Below, one piece after another: positions 22,641 through 31,579 of a stretch of 64,000 nt of DNA; positions within the stretch are counted from its first letter, which is position 1, and every line of letters starts with the position of its first letter. This DNA comes from an uncultured virus (IMG/VR IMGVR_UViG_3300008625_000009) (lineage: Duplodnaviria; Heunggongvirae; Uroviricota; Caudoviricetes). The position numbers were made by a program, and so were the translations under genes. Under the pieces are notes generated by a model that saw only the letters and a program-made list of their open reading frames with translations, did no database searches and was not told where the DNA came from. The stretch is from the IMG/VR virus record IMGVR_UViG_3300008625_000009; one strand, written 5' to 3'.

Positions 22641-25600
22641 TTAGAATCCGCCACCACCGCCGGTAGTCGTAGATTCTTTTTCTGAAATAATATCTAATAA
22701 GTAGCCAGTTTTTTTCCAACTTGGTACATTATTTCCATATTTATTGTGTATAACCTCATTTTTTTCACTTGCTGAGTTTCCGCGTTCCCAGGCGTGTGCC
22801 AATTGTGTGCCGCTTAGTACGGCGGCTGCGGCCGCAACACCTGCTCTAATAATTCTACCAGCCGGATGTAACGATGCAACGGCAAGAACCCCTGCTCCGG
22901 CGGCAAGGCCTGCATTAATGATTGTTTGTCTTTCTACACCCATTATTGTATCATTGTTTGCTACAGTAGTTTGATCCGATGTTTCATATGTACTAATATT
23001 AGGATGTCTATCTAATGCCACTGTTCCTACGGGATTTCCTTGAGGAGTCGGTAATACCGTGCCACCAGTGGTGGTCACAAAGGACGGCGATGATCTATAT
23101 TGTTCAACCGGTCCGCCAGCACTAAAGGATGGCGATGATCTATATGGTTCAGCAGGTGAACTATTACTAAATGTGACAGGGCCAGAGGCATCTGCGGGAT
23201 TAGGTCTAATTGGTGTTAATTCACTACCAGTAGTAGACAATTCTGATGCAAGTGTTCCTGATGATTGTGCTATGCTGGGAGATCCAAATCTACTTGCTTC
23301 AGATGCTCTAAATTCTGCCGCGGTTTGCGGCCTATTTTGTAACGCCGCTGTATTAAAATCTGCGTGGGGATTTACAAAGTTTTTGCTAGAACTTGTTTCT
23401 GTAACTGGAAATGGGCCTTCAATTCCCGCAAATTCATTGTTTACTTCTATTGCTTCTGCAGTTAATTGCCTATTCTTCATTTCTTCTTTTACTGTCAATG
23501 GAGTTCCTGCAAACTCATCTGCATCCATTGGTGTCGGTGCTACTCCAGTGCCGCCAAATGCATCTAAGCCTACGGCGGCTTCATTAGCAACTTCTGCAGA
23601 ACCAGGTGTTATTAACTGATTAGCAGCTGCTTTAGCATCTTCAAAATCATAATTGTTTGCTTCATCATTAGACATTAATTCTGTATTCTTTTCAGGATTA
23701 TCAATATTTTCACGCCATTGATTATAAATTCTTGTTGCTTCAATAGTTTGTGTAAATTCTCCACCTTGGAAAACACTGTTAACCTCCCATACTCTATAAT
23801 AACCAGATAACGTACTACCGCCGGCACTGCTACTAAAGTCTGCTAATCCGGTCGCTTCATCATAATCTCTAGGTGTTTTGAATAACAAATAAAAATGTGC
23901 ATCATCTAAGTCACATAATATTGCACCATTCTTTGGATCATGGCCGTTTGTACCGCCTCCTGCTCCAGTTTTATTAGGAGTTGCCATTGACAATACACCA
24001 TCCTGTTGAATATATCCCGGATCCCCTACTATTTCCATAGTTACCGACATCATGTCCGATCCTGGTGTTCTATATAAGTTTTCCATTAAGGTTGCGCCGG
24101 TTCTTTGTTTACTTGTTGCGTGTGGATCTTGAATAAACTTTTTAGACTTCGGTTTAATGTTTTGGCCACCTGCTACTTTTGATTGTTGGTCTTGCCTATT
24201 CCCCGCATCTGGTGCAACATTCGACTCCTCCTCTGGTATTATAGCCTGATCAGCGGATGCATTGCCTGTTGCAACCCCTGCCATAGCTAATATAAAAGAA
24301 TTATTAAAGGTTAAATCTAAATTTCTAATATCTAAATTTTGGCCACTGTAAATATAATCATAACTTCTTGCAACATTGCGTACTCCATTTTGTCCTGGCT
24401 TAGCCTTGCCTCCGGTGACTTCTGGATCTACTACCTTATAGGGATCAATTTGTATAAGGGTGTGTCTAGCATATTTGTTACGTATGTTATCGAATTCTTT
24501 TAATATTTTAACATATGTAATCTTAAACCAATCTAATCCTTTGTTGGGATCCTTTAAAACTTCTTTTGCTTCAGATACTTTTCCTAATGGTTTATTATCT
24601 GCAAGTTGGTCGGTAATATATGTACTATCACGTATTACTTTTTCTACTAATGATAGCATAGATTGTCCTGGGGCAGATATTTCTATTTTATAATCCGATC
24701 TTTCACCATAATATCGTAACGCAGAATCGTTCTTAAATTTTTCTTTTGGAGGCGTTTGCCTTCCCCTCTCGCCACGTGCGACTGTTTCATGACCGCTTGG
24801 AACCACTTTAAGTAACGTCTGCTTTGCTACATTAGGAGATATTTTTGCAGATTTTAATCTGTTAGCGGCCGGGCCGCCTCCTGTTCCTATTCTAAATTCT
24901 ATACTGTCAGCAAACTCCTGTGTTTTAGGAGCCCAAGTTCCTGCTTCATTTGGTTTTATTCCTGCGGTAAAACTGCCGGTAGTTCTATCTGTTTGTTCTC
25001 TATTAAACTCTTTTTCTAGATGTTTAAAAATATCTTGAATTTGTTTTCCTTTTATTGTTTTTAAATTAAGACTTTGTGTTATCGGATTATTATCTGCTTC
25101 CAAAACCGCCATCATAATAAATTCAAGTGAATAATTTGTGCCTTCTGCAGTAATATTAAAATCTAAATTTGCTATTCTAACAGGAATCCAACGTGTAGCA
25201 GGTTTTATACGTACATTTTTGCCTTCCTCATCATAACCTAAAAAATCAATCTGAACTAACAACGGCTTTTCTGTCCAATTCCCTCCATCTTCAGTTAACA
25301 CTTCATGAAATCTATCTAACAGTGTGGTTCCGGTTGGTTCAACTACAGCCATACTTAGATCCATAAGGTTAGTTGCTCTAGAATTAGAGTTCATACCCAT
25401 TAATCCAGAAGTTGTCATTGATTCAATGTAAAAATCTAATTCAAACTTAGGATGCCTTGCCGGCAGAATTTCTGAACCATCATTAAGTATACCACCTGAG
25501 GAAAATAATGTATAGCATATTTTAGGTATATTTGCATGTGCCCAGTCCCAACTGCCTTTCTCTGCTAAATCATTATAATTCTGCACAGTTTTGAAACTTA

Positions 25601-25706
25601 ATAAACTTATTTTATAAGTGTAGTTTGTAAACTGGTGTAAAATATTGTCAGGTGCTGGTACAGGTTTATCTGCTACAACTTGTAGATTAGGATCACCATT
25701 TGTCAT
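22641..25706 (-). CDS. Baseplate hub protein (gp27-like) with long low-complexity C-terminal extension
   Basis: Lies between gp53-like and gp5; MEIVGDPGYI and SGYYRV..V.S.F.GG.FTQ motifs typical of hub proteins. Confidence 0.5.
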   Translation of the reverse strand: MTNGDPNLQVVADKPVPAPDNILHQFTNYTYKISLLSFKTVQNYNDLAEKGSWDWAHANIPKICYTLFSSGGILNDGSEILPARHPKFELDFYIESMTTSGLMGMNSNSRATNLMDLSMAVVEPTGTTLLDRFHEVLTEDGGNWTEKPLLVQIDFLGYDEEGKNVRIKPATRWIPVRIANLDFNITAEGTNYSLEFIMMAVLEADNNPITQSLNLKTIKGKQIQDIFKHLEKEFNREQTDRTTGSFTAGIKPNEAGTWAPKTQEFADSIEFRIGTGGGPAANRLKSAKISPNVAKQTLLKVVPSGHETVARGERGRQTPPKEKFKNDSALRYYGERSDYKIEISAPGQSMLSLVEKVIRDSTYITDQLADNKPLGKVSEAKEVLKDPNKGLDWFKITYVKILKEFDNIRNKYARHTLIQIDPYKVVDPEVTGGKAKPGQNGVRNVARSYDYIYSGQNLDIRNLDLTFNNSFILAMAGVATGNASADQAIIPEEESNVAPDAGNRQDQQSKVAGGQNIKPKSKKFIQDPHATSKQRTGATLMENLYRTPGSDMMSVTMEIVGDPGYIQQDGVLSMATPNKTGAGGGTNGHDPKNGAILCDLDDAHFYLLFKTPRDYDEATGLADFSSSAGGSTLSGYYRVWEVNSVFQGGEFTQTIEATRIYNQWRENIDNPEKNTELMSNDEANNYDFEDAKAAANQLITPGSAEVANEAAVGLDAFGGTGVAPTPMDADEFAGTPLTVKEEMKNRQLTAEAIEVNNEFAGIEGPFPVTETSSSKNFVNPHADFNTAALQNRPQTAAEFRASEASRFGSPSIAQSSGTLASELSTTGSELTPIRPNPADASGPVTFSNSSPAEPYRSSPSFSAGGPVEQYRSSPSFVTTTGGTVLPTPQGNPVGTVALDRHPNISTYETSDQTTVANNDTIMGVERQTIINAGLAAGAGVLAVASLHPAGRIIRAGVAAAAAVLSGTQLAHAWERGNSASEKNEVIHNKYGNNVPSWKKTGYLLDIISEKESTTTGGGGGF
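23079..23151. repeat. 28-bp near-identical direct repeat (period 45 bp) encoding YRSSPSF twice
   Basis: 23079..23106 vs 23124..23151, two mismatches. Confidence 0.8.
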
Positions 25707-25710
25707 GGTA

Positions 25711-26016
25711 TTATAACTCCAATGATCTTCGCAACGTGGTTATTTTTGGAACAATAATAGTTACCCCTGCAATAAAATCAAAAACTGGGTCAATTAGTGT
25801 ATCTGGATTTCTTACTGCAAATACCCACCATAAGTTGGCATTATTATAAATTTCATGCGCCAACAAATCGGGTCTATTAGCATACTTCTCTTCAATTCTA
25901 TATTCTAAATCATCATCTTCAAAAGGAAAAGATCGCTTTCTCATTATTCCTAATTTATTATTAAATGATGTTGTTAGATAGTAAGGACTTTCTGACAAAT
26001 AATTAACTTTTGGCAT
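25711..26016 (-). CDS. gp53: Baseplate wedge protein, gp53/LysM-like
   Basis: RPDLLAHEIY.NANLWWVFA.RNP motif. Confidence 0.75.
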   Translation of the reverse strand: MPKVNYLSESPYYLTTSFNNKLGIMRKRSFPFEDDDLEYRIEEKYANRPDLLAHEIYNNANLWWVFAVRNPDTLIDPVFDFIAGVTIIVPKITTLRRSLEL

Positions 26017-26687
26017 TATATAAATCCTCCTTCACTATCACTTCCAAGTAGATCGCCGTTGGCAAAGCTCTTCAATCCGAAACGTCGAGAAGTAGCTTTT
26101 CTTGTATATGTGGGTTTGGCTGTAATTGTTACAGTAGTACTAGCAGGCATCATTGTTTTACCATCTGTTGTTCTAATATAATCAATTGTACCAGGTAGTT
26201 CCATTGTAAATGTCTCTATTACCACAGGAACGTTTGAAAATGCATAATCCCCAAATCCATTTAATTTCACAACTGGCGGTGGTGTGCCCGCAATTGGATC
26301 TTTATCTTGGCCAAAAAACATTTTAGTAACGGTTCTTAAAAAATGTAACACAGCTCTAAGATAGTCAGCTTCTGCTGAACTATTAGCTGTAAATTGTCCT
26401 GTAATTTGGATAGATCCAACTTGGTGGCTATCAAACGTAGGATGATCATAATTAGAATGTGTTAGTCCGGCCGCACCGTACGAAGCATTATGCTGAACAA
26501 ATACCGTAGGTGTATATGGAAATATTATTCCTTTAGACGATTGTAGGGGACCCAAAACTGGTCCGCCTAATAACTCAATACCAATAGTTATTTTTGTTCT
26601 CCAATCTTCTTTAGGGGAACTGTCGAAACCTACCTTAGGAAGAGTTGAACTACCAAATAACACGCCACCAAATGGAATTGTTGCCAT
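26016..26687 (-). CDS. Tail tube initiator-like baseplate protein (gp48/gp54-like)
   Basis: FPYTP, HSNY, PPPVVKLNGFG..F.NVPVVI..F..ELP motifs; directly upstream of gp53-like gene. Confidence 0.55.
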   Translation of the reverse strand: MATIPFGGVLFGSSTLPKVGFDSSPKEDWRTKITIGIELLGGPVLGPLQSSKGIIFPYTPTVFVQHNASYGAAGLTHSNYDHPTFDSHQVGSIQITGQFTANSSAEADYLRAVLHFLRTVTKMFFGQDKDPIAGTPPPVVKLNGFGDYAFSNVPVVIETFTMELPGTIDYIRTTDGKTMMPASTTVTITAKPTYTRKATSRRFGLKSFANGDLLGSDSEGGFI

Positions 26688-26719
26688 AAAAATATTTCCT
26701 ATTATATCTTTCTATTTAT

Positions 26720-26748
26720 TTGACTTTTTAATATGCGTGTATTATAAT
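26720..26748 (+). promoter_or_regulatory. Sigma70-type promoter for gp55, overlapped by the 16-bp motif (26729..26744)
   Basis: TTGACT-N17-TATAAT. Confidence 0.8.
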
Positions 26749-26768
26749 AAATATATTATGGAGCATTT

Positions 26769-27569
26769 ATGACAAATACTAGAAACGTATACCTAAGAAA
26801 CAAAGATATTTTAGAAGAAATACACAAATCAAAAAATAGTTATAGTAGTTACGTAACACCTGAAGATGCAGATTACGATATTATCGTACTAGATATTAAA
26901 AAAATAAACATACGATCAGCCGCACAAGCAAAACGTAATAAAGCATCTAAAATTGCAAAAGAAAACCATGCAAAAGCAGTAGAAGAAAACACTACTCGTA
27001 AAAAACCTCGATTAATCGACTTTACTGTCAACTGGAAAAAGATTGCTAAGGAAGATCTCGTATTTAGAGTCATGACCTTTGATCATATTCCTTTACAACA
27101 TGGTAGAGTTAAAACACCCAAAACGGTAGCAGACCATTATGAAAAACTTACATTCCCTCCATATCAACACTTTCGTTATGATGAAACAGGCGAACTTGTC
27201 TGTGTGGGCAAAAGTCACTGGATTGGTGATCTAGAGAATGGTAAGTTTAGTAAGGACCATGGGCAAATGACTGATAATCTTGGCCGCATGTTTATAAAAC
27301 TTTGTGATCGCTATGGCACAAGATCTAACTGGCGAGGATACACATATAATGATGAAATGCGTGGCGCGGCTGTTTTACAACTAATTCAAGTTGGATTACA
27401 GTTTGACGAGTGCAAAAGTCAAAATCCATTTGCATATTATACTGCGGTTATAACAAATTCATTTACTAAAATTCTCAATATGGAAAAGCGTAATCAAAAC
27501 ATACGTGATGATATTTTAGAGATGAATGATATGAATCCAAGTTATACAAGACAGAACGCAAGATCTTGA
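26769..27569 (+). CDS. gp55: Late-transcription sigma factor
   Basis: NWRGYTYNDEM..QFDECKSQNPFAYYT..NSF..L..EK signature of T4 gp55. Confidence 0.85.
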   Translation: MTNTRNVYLRNKDILEEIHKSKNSYSSYVTPEDADYDIIVLDIKKINIRSAAQAKRNKASKIAKENHAKAVEENTTRKKPRLIDFTVNWKKIAKEDLVFRVMTFDHIPLQHGRVKTPKTVADHYEKLTFPPYQHFRYDETGELVCVGKSHWIGDLENGKFSKDHGQMTDNLGRMFIKLCDRYGTRSNWRGYTYNDEMRGAAVLQLIQVGLQFDECKSQNPFAYYTAVITNSFTKILNMEKRNQNIRDDILEMNDMNPSYTRQNARS

Positions 27570-27594
27570 CAAATTACTTTAAGTTTAGTATACT
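27566..27594 (+). promoter_or_regulatory. Sigma70-type promoter for gp47/gp46
   Basis: TTGACA-N17-TATACT. Confidence 0.8.
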
Positions 27595-27605
27595 AATAAG
27601 AATGT

Positions 27606-28631
27606 ATGAGTAACGAAAATCTATTTAAAAAAGTAGCAGTTTGTACAGATATACACTTCGGAAATAAAAGCAATTCAACTATACACAATCAAGATTGTGA
27701 GGATTTTGTTGACTGGTTTATAGACACGGCGCATAAGAACGACTGCGAGACTTGCCTATTCTTAGGCGATTGGCATCATCAACGAGCAAGTATTAACGTC
27801 CATACGTTAAACTATAGCCTACGTAGTTTGGAAAAGTTAGGCAAGTCTTTTGAGAAGTTTTATTTTATTACAGGCAATCATGATCTGTACTACAGAGATC
27901 GTCGTGATCTAAACAGTGTTGAATTTGCTAGTAGATTTCCTGGAATTTCCATCGTAAATCAAACAATTAACGAGGGCAATGTTGCTATTGTTCCGTGGTT
28001 AGTGGGCGATGACTTTAAGAAAATTAAAAAACTTAAAGCAAAATATATCTTTGGACACTTTGAACTGCCACACTTTTATATGAACGCTATGGTACAAATG
28101 CCAGACCATGGCGAACTTTATGCTGACGACATGTCGCAAGCAGAGTATGTGTTTAGTGGACACTTCCATAAGAGGCAACAACAAAAGAACGTAATTTACA
28201 TTGGTAACTGCTTTCCACACAACTATGCTGATGCTTGGGACGATGAGCGTGGTATGATGATGTTAGAATGGAATGGTGAACCAGAGTTTGTAAGTTGGCC
28301 CAATGCTCCTTCATATAAAACATTAAAACTATCGCAACTGTTGGAAAATCCCACACAGTATTTAGACAATAAAACATACGCAAGAGTAACAATGGACATT
28401 GATATTAGTTATGAAGAGGCAAACTTTATTAAAGAAACATTTACTAGAGATCACAATGTTCGTGAGTTAAGTTTATTGCCAAACAAAGAGAAGCAGGACC
28501 TTGATATTATTGACGAGGATATTGAACTTAACTTTGATAGTATTGACTCTATTGTTATTGATCAATTATCAAACATTGAAAGCGAATATTATAATCCACA
28601 AACGTTGTTAGAAATTTATAGGAACATTTAG
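27606..28631 (+). CDS. gp47: Recombination endonuclease, Mre11/SbcD-like
   Basis: Metallophosphoesterase motifs DIHFG, GDWHH, GNHD, GHFE, SGHFH. Confidence 0.92.
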   Translation: MSNENLFKKVAVCTDIHFGNKSNSTIHNQDCEDFVDWFIDTAHKNDCETCLFLGDWHHQRASINVHTLNYSLRSLEKLGKSFEKFYFITGNHDLYYRDRRDLNSVEFASRFPGISIVNQTINEGNVAIVPWLVGDDFKKIKKLKAKYIFGHFELPHFYMNAMVQMPDHGELYADDMSQAEYVFSGHFHKRQQQKNVIYIGNCFPHNYADAWDDERGMMMLEWNGEPEFVSWPNAPSYKTLKLSQLLENPTQYLDNKTYARVTMDIDISYEEANFIKETFTRDHNVRELSLLPNKEKQDLDIIDEDIELNFDSIDSIVIDQLSNIESEYYNPQTLLEIYRNI

Positions 28632-28632
28632 T

Positions 28633-30393
28633 GTGTTAAAACTGACTTCCCTAACAGTAAAGAATTTTATGAGTGTGGGTAACCAAACTCAAGCGGTTGC
28701 TTTGGACAGACAAGACCTCACACTTGTTTTGGGTGAAAACTTAGACTTGGGTGGTGATGACGCAGGTGCTCGTAATGGCACGGGTAAAACTACTATTGTA
28801 AATGCTTTGAGTTATGTGCTGTATGGGCAAGCACTAACTAATATTCGCAAAGATAATTTGATAAACAAAACAAATGCCAAAGGTATGTTAGTCACTATTG
28901 AGTTTGAAAAAGATGGTATGCGTCATCGTATTGAGCGTGGTAGAAAGCCAGGCGTGTTAAAATATTATACGAATGATGACGACGACAACTTAGCACAAGG
29001 CGAGAATAAAGAAACGCAAGAAGCAATAGAGAAAGCAATTGGTATGTCGCATACAATGTTTAAGCACGTTGTGGCACTTAACACATATACTGAACCGTTT
29101 CTTGCTATGCGTGTTTCGGATCAGCGTGAAGTTATTGAGCAGTTACTTGGTATTACATTACTATCCGAAAAAGCAGAAAGACTTAAAGAGATCGTAAAGC
29201 AGACTAAAGATTTTATTACTGAAGAAGAATACGCAATTAAGGGTAAACAGCAAGCAAACGAGAATATTGAAAATACTATTAAAAGTTTGCGTATGAAACA
29301 AAAAGCGTGGGTAAAATCTCGCAACAAAGATGTTGAAAAACTAGACAACGCTGTTAAGGAACTTGAATCAGTTAATATCGAAGAGGAAATAGCACTACAC
29401 ACTAAAAAATCAAATGTAGAGCAGTTAGAGTCTAAATTACGTGGCTACAATAGAGAAAAATCCACCTCTGAAAACTTATTATCCAAATATAACAAAGAGT
29501 TAGCACGTTTTGAAAGTAATATATCCAAGACAGAAGATAAAAAATGCCATACTTGCGGGCAGGCGTTGCATGATGAAATACATCAAAAAATGCTTGCAGA
29601 TTTGGAAGAACAAATAAATGAACATAAAGAATCTATCAAAAGCGAAGAAGGTAACTTAGCAACTATAAACAAAAAGATAGAAGACATTGGCGATATTGAT
29701 ACTATCGCTGATACTTTCTACGAGGATATTGCTAGTGCTTATAAGCATGATAGTAGTTTAGAACATTTGCGTAATACTTTAGTAGAGAAAGCAGACGAGG
29801 ATGATCCTTACGAATCCCAAATTGAGGATTTACAAAATTCTGTTTTGCAAGAGATTAATTATGATAAATTAAATGATCTAGTGTCTCTTAAAGAACACCA
29901 AGAGTTTTTAACAAGATTGCTTGTTAATAAGGATTCATTTATACGCAAAAGAATTATAGATCAAAACTTAGCCTTCTTAAATAAGAGACTGAGTTACTAT
30001 CTAGATAAAATTGGATTGCCTCATACTGTAATGTTTTTAAACGATTTAAGCGTCGAAATTACAGAGTATGGGCGTGATCTAGACTTTGATAATCTCAGCA
30101 GAGGCGAACGAAATAGACTTATTTTAAGTCTATCTTGGGCGTTCAGGGATGTCTGGGAACACTTATATGATAACATAAGCCTACTAGTTATTGACGAATT
30201 AGTAGATAGTGGCATGGATGCACTAGGTTTAGAAGGTAGTATAAGTATACTCAAGAAGTTTTGTAGAGATAGAGGCAAAAGTGTGTTTCTTATCTCTCAT
30301 AAGGACGAACTGGTCGGGCGTGTACATAGCGTCCTCACAGTTACAAAGGAAAATGGTTTCACAAATTATAGTGACGATATAGAAATCATGTAA
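28633..30393 (+). CDS. gp46: Recombination ATPase, Rad50/SbcC-like
   Basis: Walker A NGTGKTT, zinc hook CHTCG, signature LSRGE, Walker B LLVIDE, H-loop ISH. Confidence 0.92.
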   Translation: MLKLTSLTVKNFMSVGNQTQAVALDRQDLTLVLGENLDLGGDDAGARNGTGKTTIVNALSYVLYGQALTNIRKDNLINKTNAKGMLVTIEFEKDGMRHRIERGRKPGVLKYYTNDDDDNLAQGENKETQEAIEKAIGMSHTMFKHVVALNTYTEPFLAMRVSDQREVIEQLLGITLLSEKAERLKEIVKQTKDFITEEEYAIKGKQQANENIENTIKSLRMKQKAWVKSRNKDVEKLDNAVKELESVNIEEEIALHTKKSNVEQLESKLRGYNREKSTSENLLSKYNKELARFESNISKTEDKKCHTCGQALHDEIHQKMLADLEEQINEHKESIKSEEGNLATINKKIEDIGDIDTIADTFYEDIASAYKHDSSLEHLRNTLVEKADEDDPYESQIEDLQNSVLQEINYDKLNDLVSLKEHQEFLTRLLVNKDSFIRKRIIDQNLAFLNKRLSYYLDKIGLPHTVMFLNDLSVEITEYGRDLDFDNLSRGERNRLILSLSWAFRDVWEHLYDNISLLVIDELVDSGMDALGLEGSISILKKFCRDRGKSVFLISHKDELVGRVHSVLTVTKENGFTNYSDDIEIM

Positions 30394-30422
30394 ATATATT
30401 TACATATTAAGGAGTAATAAAA

Positions 30423-30602
30423 ATGTCAACAATTCATGAGCAAATCTTAGAGCGAGTCGAAACATATGTCAGCGAATCTTCAAAGTTCGAAGATAAAGGC
30501 GTAAAAGCGGCGGCCGCTCGCGCTCGTAAAGCGTTAGGCGAAATTGGCAAATTAGCCAAATCACGCAGGGCAGAGATTCAAGACAAAAAGAACGCAATGT
30601 AA
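30423..30602 (+). CDS. Histone H1-like (Hc1 family-like) small basic protein, 59 aa, absent from the ORF track
   Basis: MSTIHEQILERVETYVSESSKFEDKGVKAAAARARKALGEIGKLAKSRRAEIQDKKNAM; KGxKAAxxRARK motif; AAGGAG RBS. Confidence 0.7.
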   Translation: MSTIHEQILERVETYVSESSKFEDKGVKAAAARARKALGEIGKLAKSRRAEIQDKKNAM

Positions 30603-30605
30603 TTA

Positions 30606-31139
30606 ATGCCTAGCAAGCAGAAAATAAAAGGCTCCACGTGGGAGCGCGATGTTGCTAAACATTTAACCGAAATATACGGCGAAACGTTTATTCGTGTTCC
30701 GCACAGTGGTTCCTATATTGGGGGGTCTAATAAAGCGAGAAAGGAATATCTTCATGAAGGACAAATAAGATCTTTCAAGGGAGATATAGTACCAGGTCCA
30801 AGTTTCCCTTTACTTAATATTGAGTGTAAGGCATACGGCGACTTTCCATTCCATCATTTATTTTCACAGGATGTGAATAAGTTAGATCAATGGATAGAGC
30901 AATTATTAGAACCTGCAGACGAAAACGACTTTAACATACTAATAATAAAAATCAATAGAAAAGGCAAATACGTAGCAATTGAAAACAAATACCCACCATT
31001 TAAATTTGACAGGCACATTAATTACAAAGGTTGGATTTTTTGCGACTATGATATGTTTTGGAGCAAAAATGCTGACCGTGTTAAAACATTCTCAAGTAAC
31101 CCAACCACATATAAATCAAGACTATCATCTAAAAATTAA
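30606..31139 (+). CDS. Holliday junction resolvase-like PD-(D/E)xK nuclease
   Basis: KGSTWER..A..L, GDI and IECK catalytic motifs. Confidence 0.7.
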   Translation: MPSKQKIKGSTWERDVAKHLTEIYGETFIRVPHSGSYIGGSNKARKEYLHEGQIRSFKGDIVPGPSFPLLNIECKAYGDFPFHHLFSQDVNKLDQWIEQLLEPADENDFNILIIKINRKGKYVAIENKYPPFKFDRHINYKGWIFCDYDMFWSKNADRVKTFSSNPTTYKSRLSSKN

Positions 31140-31159
31140 AGGCAACACACAGGCACACA

Positions 31160-31575
31160 TAATATCCACAATGCGGCTAAGACCCGCTCTCCTTGACGGT
31201 GTAGCAAAGGCACATTGAGATTCCGGAGATGATACAAACCACTATAGCATGGGCTAAAAAGACGAGGGTAAGAACCTCGCGTCTATTATTTGTTGAAACT
31301 GTAGCATTTAGTAGATACCGTTTGTTGGCGTGATAGCCAGGAGACTGTGGTAGGGAGTACAGGACAACCGCTTCCACGTCGTTAGATAATCCACAACAGT
31401 TTATAGGACAAGACCGAAGGAAAAAGTCAAATCCACACTTCACCCAGTCGGGTGGAGTGTGAGCAAAACTTCAGGAAAAAATTAAATAAAAATAACAATG
31501 TTAAATATAAAAAAGACTTTTCAAATTATACCTAGTTCGAGCGAAAGCGAAGAACTAGATGAACGTAGTTCATCT
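31160..31575 (+). ncRNA. Putative large structured non-coding element (ncRNA and/or replication origin)
   Basis: Gap of ~430 nt with no credible ORF; many stems (31173-31187, 31261-31283, 31296-31302/31396-31402, 31343-31380, 31434-31461, 31532-31575). Confidence 0.6.
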
Positions 31576-31579
31576 CATA

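Noticed and set aside
31177..31443. 88-aa minus-strand ORF and overlapping 79-aa ORF 30979..31218
   Set aside because: No RBS, atypical composition, and they coincide with the stem-rich element.
31160..31575. tRNA or tmRNA gene
   Set aside because: No cloverleaf with a GTTCRA T-arm and matching acceptor stem was found by eye, here or elsewhere in the window.
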